A DNA stretch of 64,000 nt from Antedon mediterranea (taxonomy: Eukaryota > Animalia > Echinodermata): positions 14,604,912-14,668,911 of the forward strand of contig NC_092675.1 in assembly GCF_964355755.1 (NCBI RefSeq), in the 5' to 3' direction. The translations under genes and the position numbers were made by a program. A model generated the notes under the pieces. It did not search any database and was not told the DNA's origin. It was given only the letters and a program-made list of their open reading frames with translations. Positions within the stretch are counted from its first letter, which is position 1, and the number at the start of each line of letters is the position of its first letter. Positions 25,273 to 38,508 of the stretch are shown here, one piece after another.

Positions 25273-26120
25273 CCGTATATTTTGGTGTATAAGTCGCACT
25301 TTTGACACGCAAATTTGACCTCTAAATTAAGGGTGCGTCTTATACACCGAACATAAATGCCTCACCACACAGATTGTACATAGGCCTAGGCTATCGTCAC
25401 CTCGTTTGCTAGGCCTGAGTAGGCTAGGCCTAGCTACAGTAACTAACTAACGTAACGGCAACCTGCTTCTGCCTAGGCCTAGTTTTCAAGTCATTTTAGC
25501 ATGATGTTATACTAAATATGATGAAAAGATTTGTTCATTATGGCGCTCCGATAAAATTTCATTTGTAAACGTTTACGTCGTACGATTGGAATAGTATTTA
25601 TTTATACAGTAGTTATACGCACGATCGCCGTACCCCAAGCGCAAGCCCTTCTTTTGGTGGCACATGGTGTACGGTATTCGACTAGTATATTCTCCAGGTG
25701 ATTATAGCATGGACCTAGCGTACACACTTCTCGGATACATAGATACTAATCGAATACGATTGTCCATGAAAACGTGCGCCCTCTCGAAATGATCGAGCGA
25801 GGCTAGCCCACACACGTGCGTGTTACACACACGGTCATGCACTCGATGTTGCGGCGAAACTCATGAATAACAAGTTAGAAAGAACTTGTTGAGGCTGGGC
25901 GCGGTCGAGCCTAGGTAAGAAAAAACCTAAATAAAGGACGCCGTTGTAGATATAACAAAATATATTATTACAATAATATTGATTACAATTTAAAAAAACA
26001 TTGTTTTGATGAAATATAAGGTGCGTCTTATACATCGACGATATAAAAAATACCGATATTTTACTCTCAGTTGGGGGTGCGTCTTATACACAGGTGCGAC
26101 TTATACACCGAAATATACGG
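25273..26120. mobile_element. Tc1/pogo-like MITE (second family)
   Basis: TIR ccgtatattt(t/c)ggtgtataagtcgcac; TA TSD. Confidence 0.88.
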
Positions 26121-27838
26121 TATGTGAAGAAATCATGTTGAATAAGGTGAAAGCAATTGCTGAGAACGAAACGCATCCCTTAAATGTACACATACAAATT
26201 AGCAGATCAGGGAGGATGCTAGTCAAGTCGCCCCATCGCAAAGTCACCCCTTACAAAGTCGCCCCATCGCAAAGTCGCCCCAAAACAAAGTCGCCCCAAA
26301 AACAAAGTCGCCCCATCGCAAAGTCGCCCCAACACAAAGTCGCCCCATCACAAAGTCGCCCCAAAACGTTAAAATAGTTTACAAGTGCGTAAAATGTCGC
26401 AATGATACACAAAATAACACGGAACGTGTAGGCATAAAATGGGAAGCCCCGCCATGTAGTCTCAGGTCACATGATCGGCACGCTCCCCCATCATCAGAGA
26501 GGAATCCCGACTAATCACTCCGCGGTCGCACTGAGCTCACCAGAGGGAAACCCCCGTAATTACTCCGCCGTTGTCGCACTATACAACGCACCATCTGAAG
26601 ATGGGGAAACCCAACCGGAGATTTACGATGATATCAGTCGCGTCGCGTTTGAAATCGGTCATGTTTAATTTTTGTCGCGATAAAATGATGTTACGATCTA
26701 GATTATTTTTACTTTGGTCGATGAATATTTATTATGTTAATAATTGATTTTTTTTTTATTTTACAGGTTTATGATGAGAAAGATGTGTGCCTTAAAAAAT
26801 GACAAATTGTAAACATAGTTTAAGATTATAGTATTATTCAGCATGTCATTTACGGTAACAGTACATAATTATTTAAATGTGAAATATTTGATAGGGAACG
26901 TCTTTTATTTTATATGAAACAAATTACGTAAAACAATTTATTTATAAACATTCAGTTTACTATTAATTACAATTAACATTGATTATAAGCCTGGAAAGGC
27001 AATCCCATCATTATAATCCATTATGAAATTGCATCAACCACGTAATTGATGACGGCGTGCGTGTGTGTATTCGTCGTATGTCCGTGTACGTATTATTCCG
27101 TGCCTCTTCACTGTCTTGTTTAATTTAAAATTAAATAAACACTCGATATGAGGATATTTATTAGGCATGATAATTAGAATGTTCTATAACCAAAAGGGTT
27201 GAAAAGAATTTCTTCAGTAAAATGATCACTGTACTGTTGAATAAAAGGCGACTCGAAGCGGCAATCTGAAACCAATTGGAGCTGTGCCTTCTGGTATCTG
27301 TTTTCTCACAGCTGCTACGTCTTTCTGCTGACCGTCGGGGATTCCCCTTTTTAAAAAACATGCACATGATACTCTACGATGGCTTTTCCATGGTCAAAAT
27401 GTAGCGTTTTAATTTTGCTAAAATGTCTTCATTTTGAAAAGTCATAATAAAATTAAATTACAATAGACACATAACTTGTCAAAAATGCAAAATGATCAAT
27501 AAGTAGCCTATAACACTCATTGTCTTACAACGCTGTTATTGTTTTAACTCTATACGAAGGCCTACTACACATTTATAAATTTATTATATTATCCTAAAAA
27601 ATGAGCTGGTATCCACGCGTAGGTTGAAGAAAGATTAATTCGTAATTGTGGCTCTGGTAACTAATTTTAAAATCATATTAAATTAACATTTTCGAAACTA
27701 TAAATCAGGGATAATCTTTTTAGAACTTTCAAACAAGGAACTATTTTTTTAATGATTTTTAAAAAGCACATCACTCGATTAAAACCTGTAAAATAAAAAT
27801 TAAACCACAAATTATGTATAATAGGATAAACATTATAA

Positions 27839-29631
27839 GGCCATATAAAAAAAAACAACAGTTGATCGTCCCCGCCCGCATGCTTTTTTCAGGCCGCATC
27901 AATTTTTATTTTATTTTTTATTTCGATATTTTGTATATAAAACATTGATTTATGTTGTACCTTTGTCGAAAGCTAGGCCTAGCTCTTTCTTTTTTCGTGA
28001 TCCACAGCCGTCGGGAGCCATCGATACACATCGTCGACTGCGATAAATTTGAGGTCATATTCTTTGATTATAGGTCAGCGCTGATAGAGGTATCACTGCC
28101 GTTGAATGTATGAATATTTTGAATTACACTCATCATGGGTATAATATTTTACATAAACGTCTGGATCTAATTAGAATTTTCACAGCCGCTATATGCTCGC
28201 TACTCCTTAAAAATGTTGCCGTGAAGCAAAAAACGACTGGATTTGGAGAACGTTTACGATTGCTCCATCGATGCACCACATGTTTTCGGTTCTACCTTGT
28301 TTCTATCGCTATATTCTATACATTTGAGTTACAGTATACACTATTAATATTTATAATTATTGGTTCCTTGGTAGGCCTACTTTTTAGTCCTTTTATCAAT
28401 TGTTACATAATAATTTGATCTAGGATAGTAGGATACTGCTAGACTAAATAGTCTAGTAGATAAACAACATGGTTTTTATTTGTGTTTCGATTCGGACTGC
28501 AACAAAAATCGTGAAGCCGGCCCTTGGTATGCGAGAACGGTGTAGTGGACGGCCGACGTACTCTCGCAGACATTTTCTCTGATTTTGCAGGCGGCGAATT
28601 CGATCAAGGTGGACCGATAGGAGACCAATACCAAACTACGGAGGTGAGTAATTGTTCGGTAAAAATGTTCATATAGAAGTAACAAAACTGTAGGCTAGCA
28701 TATTGTCGCAAGAGAGTGTAGAGTTTGCCTATCCATAGAGGGGCGAATCGACCCGGCTGGGTTGAAACTGTCCCATATGGCTAGATGTTTACGGACGTGT
28801 TCGGGTACATGACCCACGTCCTGTTTTAAAAATATGTGTGTATGCATTGATATTCCCTCCCTCTTTGGATGTCATATTATCATATTATTGTCATGTTCAG
28901 AATTCTTTCAACACAACTGAATTTACCATATATTTACCCCTACTATTTTTCATTCTTTATTCTAGTGTGAAGAATGCTTCAAGTGGCGAGTATGTTATGC
29001 AGCACATGTTCTGAAGCGTGACCAAAGGCAGCTCTTGGAACGAGAACTGGACACACTGTCGTATTCATGTGGAACTTGTTTTCAAGACATCCTGGGAGAG
29101 GACGATTCTATTGTTTTTGTCAATGACAAAATGACATGTGCCCTGCCTATCGAAGCAGCTTATTACATAACATTCACAGACCCCCTGTGCTTTTATTGTG
29201 GAACTGAGCACAATTTATCAATTGAGAACATGAATTATCCACTTTGTAAGGTATCAGGCAAAACACCCAAAAGGAAAATCACTAGAGCATTTGTGCCACA
29301 GTAGGCTAATAATATCCAGAAGTTTGATATAAAGTCAAAGTGTACAAAAAGGACTTTTATTGTGACCCCCTGATAAAATAAAAAAAAAGGTGTATTTTAA
29401 TATTTGCTGTTCTGTATACTTATGTTTGTTTAGACATCTTACAGTACTTACCATATTTATTTGAATTGCGAGGGGTGGGAGTGATTTTTATTCATAGCGG
29501 CATGTTTATTCAAGAAAATATGGTAGTGAGTCGCCATCTTGGAAAAATAAAAAATAAAAAATAAAAAGAGCCTCTTCCTTCCTTTTTTTAGAAAACCAGG
29601 ACGATCAACTGTTGTTTTTTTTTACATGGCC
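27839..29631 (+). mobile_element. Internally deleted DNA transposon of uncertain superfamily
   Basis: TIR ggccat.taaaaaaaaacaacagttgatcgtcc; TAA TSD; retains a first exon (28469-28643) and a Cys-rich last exon (28966-29304). Confidence 0.8.
28966..29304 (+). pseudogene. Cys-rich C-terminal exon of a putative transposase
   Basis: tctAG acceptor; CEECFKWR..YSCG..V.VN...TC..PIE..YY..LCFYCG..YPLC. Confidence 0.6.
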
Positions 29632-30314
29632 TAATGTATACGACATTTAGCGTGACCAAAATAACAACGCGATCGATATCAAACGCAACCGATATGATTA
29701 AAACAGCGTAGGCCCTACTACTAGCGACGGCACTTCATAGTCATACCGAAATAAAACCGTGGGCGACTTTGCGTTGGGGCGACTTTGCGTTGGGGCGACT
29801 TTGCGATGGGGCGCCTTTGCGATGGGGCGACTGTGCCAGGGAGCGACTTTGTTATGGGGCGACTTTGCGATGGGGCGACTTTGCGATGGGGCGACTTTGT
29901 ATGGGGCGACTTGGCGATGGGGCGACTTTGACTGGATCCCATCAGGGAGACCTACAGTAGTGCAATAATAAGACTCTTTAATAAATACCAATTTTCATAG
30001 GTAGACTAGGCCTAGGCTAGCCTATTTTATTGAATCATTATCGACCAAATGGACTGCAAGTTGAAGTGCAACATATCTTATTATTAATATAACATTTATT
30101 TATAACTGTGTATGAATAATCTTGATTCGAGCGTCGTGTGTGAAACGATCTTCGACCGCGATGAAGTGTAAACAAAACAGTATATGGATTAGCGCCGAAT
30201 CGTCCCGATTCCTCGTCCGTGGCCCCGATCGTCCTTCGTTCACCGCAAAAGCTCACTATTACTAGGCTAGGCCTATTAGTTTTCTAGGCTAGAATGAAAA
30301 ATGATCGTACTTAC

Positions 30315-30482
30315 CCCAGGACATTCACCCGGGGAAGACTGTTTGAACGTGGAGGAGAGTGAGATGAGAGGTACAACAGCTAGGGATTTCCAACGTTCAG
30401 GCTCTTGTCCAGCATGAATAGCATTCGTTGCAAAACTTACAAATGTACCTCCTTCAGAACTTATACTTTTATTATCACCCAT
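30315..30482 (-). CDS. CTH: Cystathionine gamma-lyase, coding exon 1
   Basis: ATG at 30482; translates MGDNKSISSEGGTFVSFATNAIHAGQEPERWKSLAVVPLISLSSTFKQSSPGECPG; GTAAGT donor; 168 nt, phase 0. Confidence 0.93.
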
Positions 30483-30863
30483 GCTTTCTATTTGACGGCG
30501 ACTGGAAGAGGCTTCGCTGCAGAATGGCCTTAATATAATATTAAAAATTATAAGTTCTTTGAATTGATAGTAAGAATGACGTTGCACTTAAAAATCAATA
30601 GGCGCGCCTTTAAATAATGACTTGTGCAAATACCACTTTGATATGGAACGCCTCCTCTGCCTTCAGTTTATTTTATTTTTTTTTTTTATTTCAACCACAT
30701 CCAACAGCGAAAAATCGCCAATTACAGGATGCTTTACAACTCTTTAGATATATAAATATAGTGTTGGTTCCTGTTAGATATTTATGGGCTGCGCCCTCTA
30801 TATACTTGTGTATTCAGTTTGTTTGTTCGTCAATAAATTCCTCTTACAACGTGATCGTCGATG

Positions 30864-33222
30864 CAGGCCCGTAGCCAGGGGGGGTTTTTATGATTCGGGC
30901 GAATCCCCCTTTACAGCGACCCCCCCCCCCCCCTTAACCGACTGCGAACCCCTATCCCCGACATCCACAATACCTCACCACACCCTCATCTCTGAAAATC
31001 CTCCAAATACGTGCCCCACAATACAAAAGGTTGTTTGTAAATTGAAAAATTTGTAAACTCGTGAGTCGTTCGTGAATAACAAATGAATTGGTTGCCGATT
31101 TTTACCTGAAAAATAATACGAATTTTTGGTCCAAGGATGTAACATGATATTGACGCGAGCTTGGGCACGAACGAATCGTACAAAGAACACCACCGCTAGA
31201 CAACCGCGTACCTATTGTTTCGATCACTGGCAGTCAGCATGCATAAAGTATATAGCCTTCCGACGTACATCAAAAAATGGAACGCTGCGGTTACCTACAA
31301 TATTTATGTGTGGCTATGAAGTATAGTGTATCATCATCATAGAGGATTATATAGTGAATTTAATATCATTACACTATAATATCTATGGTATCATGTACTG
31401 TAGTTTACATTAGGCCTATGGCATTCGATTATTTTTTTCTAGACCACCAGCCGATACGTAGGCCTACTCAACTGTACCAATACCACCTATTTACATTGAT
31501 ATATTTAGTTTCCTCAACAAATTGCTGTAAATAAATATAGATAGAGCTATCAGGGGCGGTCGCAGGACTATTTTAAGAGGGTTGCCCAAAGACTCCAGGG
31601 CTGTAGACACTGAGTATTTGAGCAAGCAAATTGTTAAATGACACCCCTAGTATGGCCGCAAATAGTACTCGCGCACGTAAATTTATGATAATTTTTTTTT
31701 CGTTCAATGCAAACGTCGCGGGGAAGTCTCCGATTAAGGTACTTTTGGTACGGTAATACATTCTAATAACTGTACTCAATTAATGTAAATTAATTATCAA
31801 TTAATAATTTTAAAAAGTTGTACAAAAAATATGAAGCAGTTGCTATAAATATATTGAGCAAAAGGTTAAATTCTATAATTTGGAATTTTAATTCATTTAA
31901 AAATGCTAAATAAAGTCAGATGTTAAAACCACATTTTCCAAAAATTCATTTTCATTTATCCACTATAAACTTTACAAAAGTGTTGTTTTAAACCACACTC
32001 CAAATAAAACAAAGAAAATAATGATAGGAAATTTGCAGAAAGAAGCAAACTTTGCTCTGTTACCGGTATAACACGGTTCAAATTTTGGAACGTCTATAAA
32101 TTACTACGGAAATTCGGCCTATTTACGACGAACGTACGGAAATGAAGATAAATAGGGTACTACACGCATCGGAAATACAACACTATACGCACAATTATGA
32201 TTTGGCCTAAAAATTGGCCTTAGATTATGGAAAACCTCCGGCAAAACGCAATAATTATGGACAAATCGATTATTAGCCTTGGCAATATGCCTAATATTTA
32301 AAAGGAATGAATATAGGCTATATTTCGTTTGTCGATGAATTTTTAAAATCATGTGTGAATGATTGATCCATTAGAGGTAATCTGTGATGGTTCTACTAAC
32401 ACTGCTATGCGTGCGTAATTTGTGAATAACGTAGTAGTATGCTACATACACGAGCCTAGATAGGGAGGATCTGTACTGTCGTTCATTGCGAGAGGAGGGG
32501 GAAGTCCGGTAATGTGTCATGAAAAATGTAACAAGCCAGAGATGAAATAAAATTACTAACATTTAGCTGATTGTCGTTGTTTTAGTCGTCGTCAGAAGTT
32601 TATCGACCGACATCTATTTCTCATGTGTAGTAGAGCGTTTCTTTGATTGAATAATTTTTTTTGTATTATAACACAAGTTCATTTTGGATTTTCAGTAAAT
32701 TATTATTATTCAAAGTCAAACTGTAACTAATCCCTCACTATTCAATCAAAATGTTATTATACTACTATATTGTTGAAAAATGGATTGCGTGACTTGAAAA
32801 TAGATTGATAGTAAAATGTAATAAAGACACGTTCTTGTCTGGTTATTAGGTATGCATGCTCTGATAAAGCAGAGGATTATTTTTGTAGCGTTCCATTTAA
32901 AATAGATTTTATTAAAAAGAAATATTTTGGTTGTGAAGGTCGTTTTAACAATTAGGCTAATATCAAAACATTCAACAATGATAAAATGCCCTGCAACTCT
33001 GTAACTACTTTATGACTAAGCCTATCAAGTTCCGTGTCCGGATGGTATACGATGAAATGGAACTCAATTTCAATTTAGTGGCAGAAACAACATTTAGTAT
33101 GAAATTAAGGCTGTTTCCCGGGCCACAAGGGAAACACAGTGACAGTGGGACAGTGACCCAAATACTTAGTGTCCGAACCCCCCCCCCCCCCCCCCCCTTG
33201 ACAGATCCTGGCTACGGCCCTG
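30864..33222. mobile_element. Non-autonomous hAT (hAT5-like) element inserted in the 5' LTR
   Basis: TIR CAGG(C/G)CCGTAGCCAGG; 5-bp TSD CGATG; removing it restores the LTR exactly. Confidence 0.92.
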
Positions 33223-33290
33223 CGATGTGCACATTTAATACGTTACATGGTGTCAGAAAGTTTATAGAACCTTGAACGAAATAAACCAAA

Positions 33291-36200
33291 ATGGATAAAG
33301 TCCACAGACCTACAATGAATTGGGCAGCCACAGACTTGAATAAAGAGTGGAAACGTTTCAAACAACACTGTGAGTTTACATTTAAGGGCCCACTCGCAAC
33401 AAAGAGCGAAGTGGAAAAAGTCAATTATATGATGACCTACATCGGCGACAAGGGAAGAGAAGTATATGGTACATTCACGTGGGCACGAGCCGAAGGTGAT
33501 CGACCAGCAGAAAACGAAACGCTCAACGGCGTGTGTGCTAAATTTGATGCATATGTAGCACCTAAAAAGAATACTATAAGGGCTACAGTAAATTTCCACA
33601 GAAGGAAACAATTAGAAGGTGAGAGATTTGAAGATTTTGTCACAGACCTGAGAGTTTTAGTAAAGGACTGCAATTACCAAGAAGAAGATAGAATGTTAAG
33701 AGACTCTATTGTCTGCAACGCCCTGCACTCAAAGGTCAAAGAAAAATGTCTAGATCTTTGGCGTGGCGATGAACTGACCTTAGACAAAGCCATAACCATA
33801 GGTCAGAATTATGAAACATCACAAGAAAGTATGAAAGTAATAATAAACAAAGATGAAGACGCAAAAATACATGAGGTTAGGAAAAGGTCAAACTATAAAC
33901 AAAGGCCAAAACAGTACAATAAAACGTCAGCAAGAAACAATAAATGCACTAAATGCGGCTACGACAACACACATAATAAATGCCCAGCTAAAGGCAAAAT
34001 GTGTGCTGTATGTCATAAGTTGAACCACTTTGCAGCAGTCTGCAGAAAGAAGGGTACCAATCTTAAAGGTGCTCACCAAGTGGAAGAACAGTACGCAGAA
34101 ACCGACAGTGACACTGAAAGTCAGGATGAATATCAGCATCTAATCGATGTGATAAATGCTATTGGAAAAACATCTAATAGTGAATGGCATGAAACCGTGA
34201 TAGTGGATGGAGAGCCAGTGCGCATTCAGATCGCCACAGGAGCAGCGGCAAGCATTATGTCATATAGTTGGGTTAAGAATAAGAAACTCAATCATAAGTT
34301 AAAACCAACTAGCTTAAAACTTCAGTCGTATACCAGTCACGCCTTAGAAGTGAAGGGTTGTATAACATTACCAACCACATACAAGAAATGTACAGTTGAC
34401 ATAATGTATTATGTTGTGAAAACTGATAAAGTACCAATCTTATCAGGAGCAGCAAGCAAACAACTGAAGCTGATACAGCGTATAAACAGCATCAATGACT
34501 ATCCTCAATTAAGAAAGACAACTGGCACACTACCAGGGAAATATACACTGAAAATTGACCCTACAGTTAGACCAGTAGTGCACGGTCTAAGGAAACAACC
34601 ACTTGCCTTACAAAAGCAGATAAAGCATAAGTTGGCTGAAATGGAAAAAGATGGACATATCACTAAAATATCAGAGCCCACTGACTGGGTCAGTACTATG
34701 GTAGTTGTAGTCAAAGGCGACAAAATAAGAATCTGCTCTGATCCTAAGGATCTAAACAAAGCAATCAGAAGAGAACACTATCCAATTCCAACTGTTGAAG
34801 AAATAGTAGCTTCAGTAGCAGGGTCAAAGATTTTAGCAGTTATTGACGCAAAGTCTGGATTCCTGCAAATCGAGCTGGACTACGAATCTAGTCTGGTGAC
34901 AACGTTTAACACCCCAATAGGACGGTACCGATGGCTAAGATTACCATTTGGGATAAAGAGTGCACCAGAAATCTTTCAAAAGATAATGGATAACATGTTA
35001 GAGGGAATTGAAGGTGCTAGAGCAGTCATGGACGATATACTAATTGCAGGCAGAGATGAGACACACCACGATGAAATTATGAGAAAGGTAGTAGACAGAG
35101 CTACCAATTGGAACCTAAAGCTAAACTTTTCAAAATGTCAAGTGAAGAAACACAAAGTCAAATATGTTGGTCATATCTTGTCAAAAGATGGTCTTCAACC
35201 TGATCCAGATAAGATAAAGGCTCTAACTGAGATGCCAAGGCCTCAATCAAAAGAAGATGTACAAAGATTCCTTGGTATGATACAATACTTGGCAAAATTT
35301 ATACCTAATCTTAGTGAAGTGGATGCACCACTCAGAAAAGTTACTAGCAAAGATACAGACTTCTACTGGGACAAGCCCCAACAACAAAGCTTTGACAAGC
35401 TACTACAAATGTGCAGCACTACACCTGTGCTAGCTTACTTCGATCAGCGAAAAGAAGTGACCATACAATGTGACGCAAGCAGCTATGCGTTGGGTGGTGT
35501 GCTATTGCAAGAAGGACATCCAGTCGCATACACTTCAAGAGCACTAACCCCAACAGAGTGCAGATATGCACAAATAGAAAAAGAAATGCTGGCAATAGTG
35601 CACAGTTGCAAGAAGTTTCATCACTATGTGTTTGGAAACCAAGTAACAGTAGAAAGTGACCACAAGCCACTGCAAGCTATATATTCAAAACCAATACTCT
35701 CCGCCCCAATGAGACTTCAAAACATGCTGTTATACCGTATGACCTTAATGTAACATACAGACCAGGCAAAGAAATTGCGATCGGTCACGCACTAAGCCGT
35801 GCTAACTTACCAGACACAGAACCAGATATCAAACCGATCACAATTAACATGACAGACTACATAGCAGTATCACCAGTCAGGTATGCTGAATTTCAAAGTT
35901 GTACAGCCAAAGAACTAAACGAACTGCACAGCATGCTTCTCAGAGGATGGCCAGACACAAAAGAAGAGACACCACATGCAATTAGGCAATACTGGACCGC
36001 AAGAGATGAACTGTCAGTTGCAGATGGAATAGTATACAAAGGAATGCATATTGTCGTTCCACCGAGCATGAGATCAAACATGCTTAACCAAATACTGTAC
36101 ATTCATTTCATCAGGGCATAGTAAAATGCAAACAGCGGGCACTTGAATCTCTGTATTGGCCCGGTATGAGCGTACAAGTGGAAGAATTAGTCAAGGATTG

Positions 36201-37174
36201 CCAGCTATGCAATACCTATCAAAATCGTCAACACACTGAACCACTTAAATCATATAAACTACCAGAATTAACATGGAATGTAGTAGCAAGTGACCTCTTT
36301 GAGTTTGAACGACAAGACTACGTAATAACAATCGATTACTACTCAAAGTACATCGAAGTAGACCGTTTGCAGAAAACTGATAGCTCCACGGTAATAGAAA
36401 ACTTAAAGAAACAATTCAGTCGGCACGGGATACCCGAAAAGATAAGAACAGATAATGGTCCGCAATACTCATCAGCAGAGTTTACCAAATTCTGCAAAGA
36501 CTACGATATACAGCACAGCACTTCTTCACCATACTACCCACAATCAAACGGTGAGGTAGAGAGAGCTGTACAGACAGTAAAACGACTATGGAAGAAGAGC
36601 AATGACAAAAATCTAGCCTTGCTAGATTACAGAATAACACCACTAGCAAGCTGTAAATTATCACCCGCTCAATTACTAATGGGACGAAGACCACGAAACC
36701 TGCTTCCTACAGCCAAAACATTACTACAGCCAAAGTCATATGATACAACAGACATCAAGCAACGATTTCAAGCAGACCAGAGCAAACAGAAACACTACTA
36801 TGATCAAAAACATGGCAACTCACTCCCAGCTTTGGCACCAGGAGATTCAGTAAGAATGGCACCCCTGCCAGGATCAAAACAATGGCAACCAGCAACAGTA
36901 ATTGAACATCACAATACACAACGATCTTATGTAGTAGAACACAATGGAAAGAAATATCGCAGAAACAGAAGTGCATCAAACAGATACTTTGAACCAGATC
37001 TCACATGATTATAACACCCATCCAACAACCACCGAGACCAAACAATCATCACCGGAAATAACCATTCCCAAACAGAAAACACCAACCAATGCTAAACCTG
37101 ATACCAACGAACCACCAGCTTACATAACCAGAAGCGGACGCACCAGCAAGCCACCTAATCGGTTGGACCTGTAA
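33291..37174 (+). pseudogene. Gypsy gag-pol (zinc knuckles, protease, RT, RNase H, integrase), frameshifted
   Basis: Two CCHC knuckles; protease DTG reads ATG (QIATGAA); RT VMDD; RNase H CDAS/EKE; integrase RTDNGPQY..SNGEVE; frameshifts near 35740, 36110 and 36970. Confidence 0.92.
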
Positions 37175-37529
37175 ATATTTTGTTTAAAATAAAGAAAAAA
37201 AAAGAACTCTAAAACATAACAAAAAAAGGACTAAAGAAAGAACAAATTTCAAGATATACATTTAATCATAAAATGGAACTTTAAAATATATAATACTGTA
37301 GAAGAACTTTATTGAAACAGTACATAGTTTAACAAATCTGATATCTTAAGCATTTAAATGATATATAGTTACTAATCAACATTTTGAACAAATTCAGCTG
37401 AGAAAAGAAGATGTTAGATATTTATGGGCTGCGCCCTCTATATACTTGTGTATTCAGTTTGTTTGTTCGTCAATAAATTCCTCTTACAACGTGATCGTCG
37501 ATGTGCACATTTAATACGTTACAGTTCCA

Positions 37530-37810
37530 ATATTTAAACAAACTTCAAAATACACCATACGATATAAAGCCAACGGTTTCAATGCGTGATTCAAGTTTAT
37601 TCTGTTCCTCAATATAATCAGATTCCAAATCCCAATATAGTATCACGATTGACTACAAACAAAGGATATAACAAGAAATATTTCTTACAAAAAACGCCGC
37701 GTAACTTTTTGACTGGACAGTCTTCATTAATCTAATATAATAGGTCGGCCAATCAAAACGCAAGTGAACAATTGGGACTTTATTTGTGATTTATGTCATT
37801 GGCCTGTCAG
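37530..37810 (-). promoter_or_regulatory. Candidate displaced CTH upstream region
   Basis: Contiguous with the CTH 5' flank in the empty-site allele; CCAAT boxes (ggccaatca at 37747, attggcc at 37798). Confidence 0.3.
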
Positions 37811-38508
37811 CACAGTCGTTTCTTTCTAGAATTAAACGCACAAACTTGTATTGGGAATAATTTATGTTTATGTGGTTATTACTATCGCATTTAGATATTG
37901 ATAATAATAATAATATGGCTTTTGAATATATAATTACTGTCTGTAGAATAACATTTATACATTTTCGGTTCGCGATGTTATATGAACGGATTTGTAATAG
38001 GTATTTATAATAATAGTATATGGGTTGTATTATTGCTAAGCTATCACCAAATCGCGTTATACCATTATTTCTCAGGGTTTTTTGCACCATTGATCAATAC
38101 CAAACGCGTATCGGTATTATAGATTTTAATGAATCATTACATTAATAAAAATATCAAATTAAATCAATCGCGTCAGTCCAATTCCGACTTATGTTTCGAT
38201 CACATAGTTCTGTGTCTACACTGTCCCAACTAGTTTAACAAAAAAAGTGTGATGTGCCCAAATATGGTAGTGATATGCCCGAATATCGTAGTGGACATCG
38301 TCATGTCTATATAATATGGGCACATCATATTTAGTTTGATAGTATATACAAAAGTAGTACTGTATTTATTATTCATTGATAAGCCAAGGGTCCCATGGCG
38401 TTAGCCGATATCTTGAGCATTTGACTCATGTGTCAACCTGTAACACAAATCATTCTTCAAAATCTAAAGAAAGAACCTCACACGTCTTTTTTGTGAGTGA
38501 TACACTAT

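Larger units (their letters stand above)
26214..29940. mobile_element. Mutator-like (MULE) non-autonomous element with inverted arrays of a 16-bp repeat
   Basis: CAAAGTCGCCCCATCG arrays at 26222-26362 and inverted at 29760-29930; 8-9-bp TSD atcaggga(g). Confidence 0.8.
23313..30129 (+). mobile_element. Rex1/Babar-type LINE relic (RT deleted; three nested insertions)
   Basis: APE fragments LPSILTGNAQSLRNKLDEL..CFSETW, YLPREF, GDFN, GKSDH; C-terminal HPL..SGR at 26170-26215; tail aataatcttga; stops and frameshifts. Confidence 0.8.
30772..37523 (+). mobile_element. Gypsy (Mag-like) LTR retrotransposon
   Basis: Identical 112-bp TG..CA LTRs (30772-30863 + 33228-33247; 37412-37523); TSD GTTCC; PBS TGGTGTCAGAA (tRNA-Leu type) at 33248; purine tract before the 3' LTR. 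Confidence 0.96.

Noticed and set aside
26222-29960. 16-bp repeat arrays as CRISPR or repetitive proteins (ORFs at 26006 and 29698-29991)
   Set aside because: There are no unique spacers, the context is eukaryotic, and the arrays are the inverted subterminal repeats of one TSD-bounded transposon.
30483-30587. N-terminal extension of CTH in the ORF track
   Set aside because: It relies on a non-ATG start; the first in-frame ATG is at 30482 and CTH similarity begins after it.
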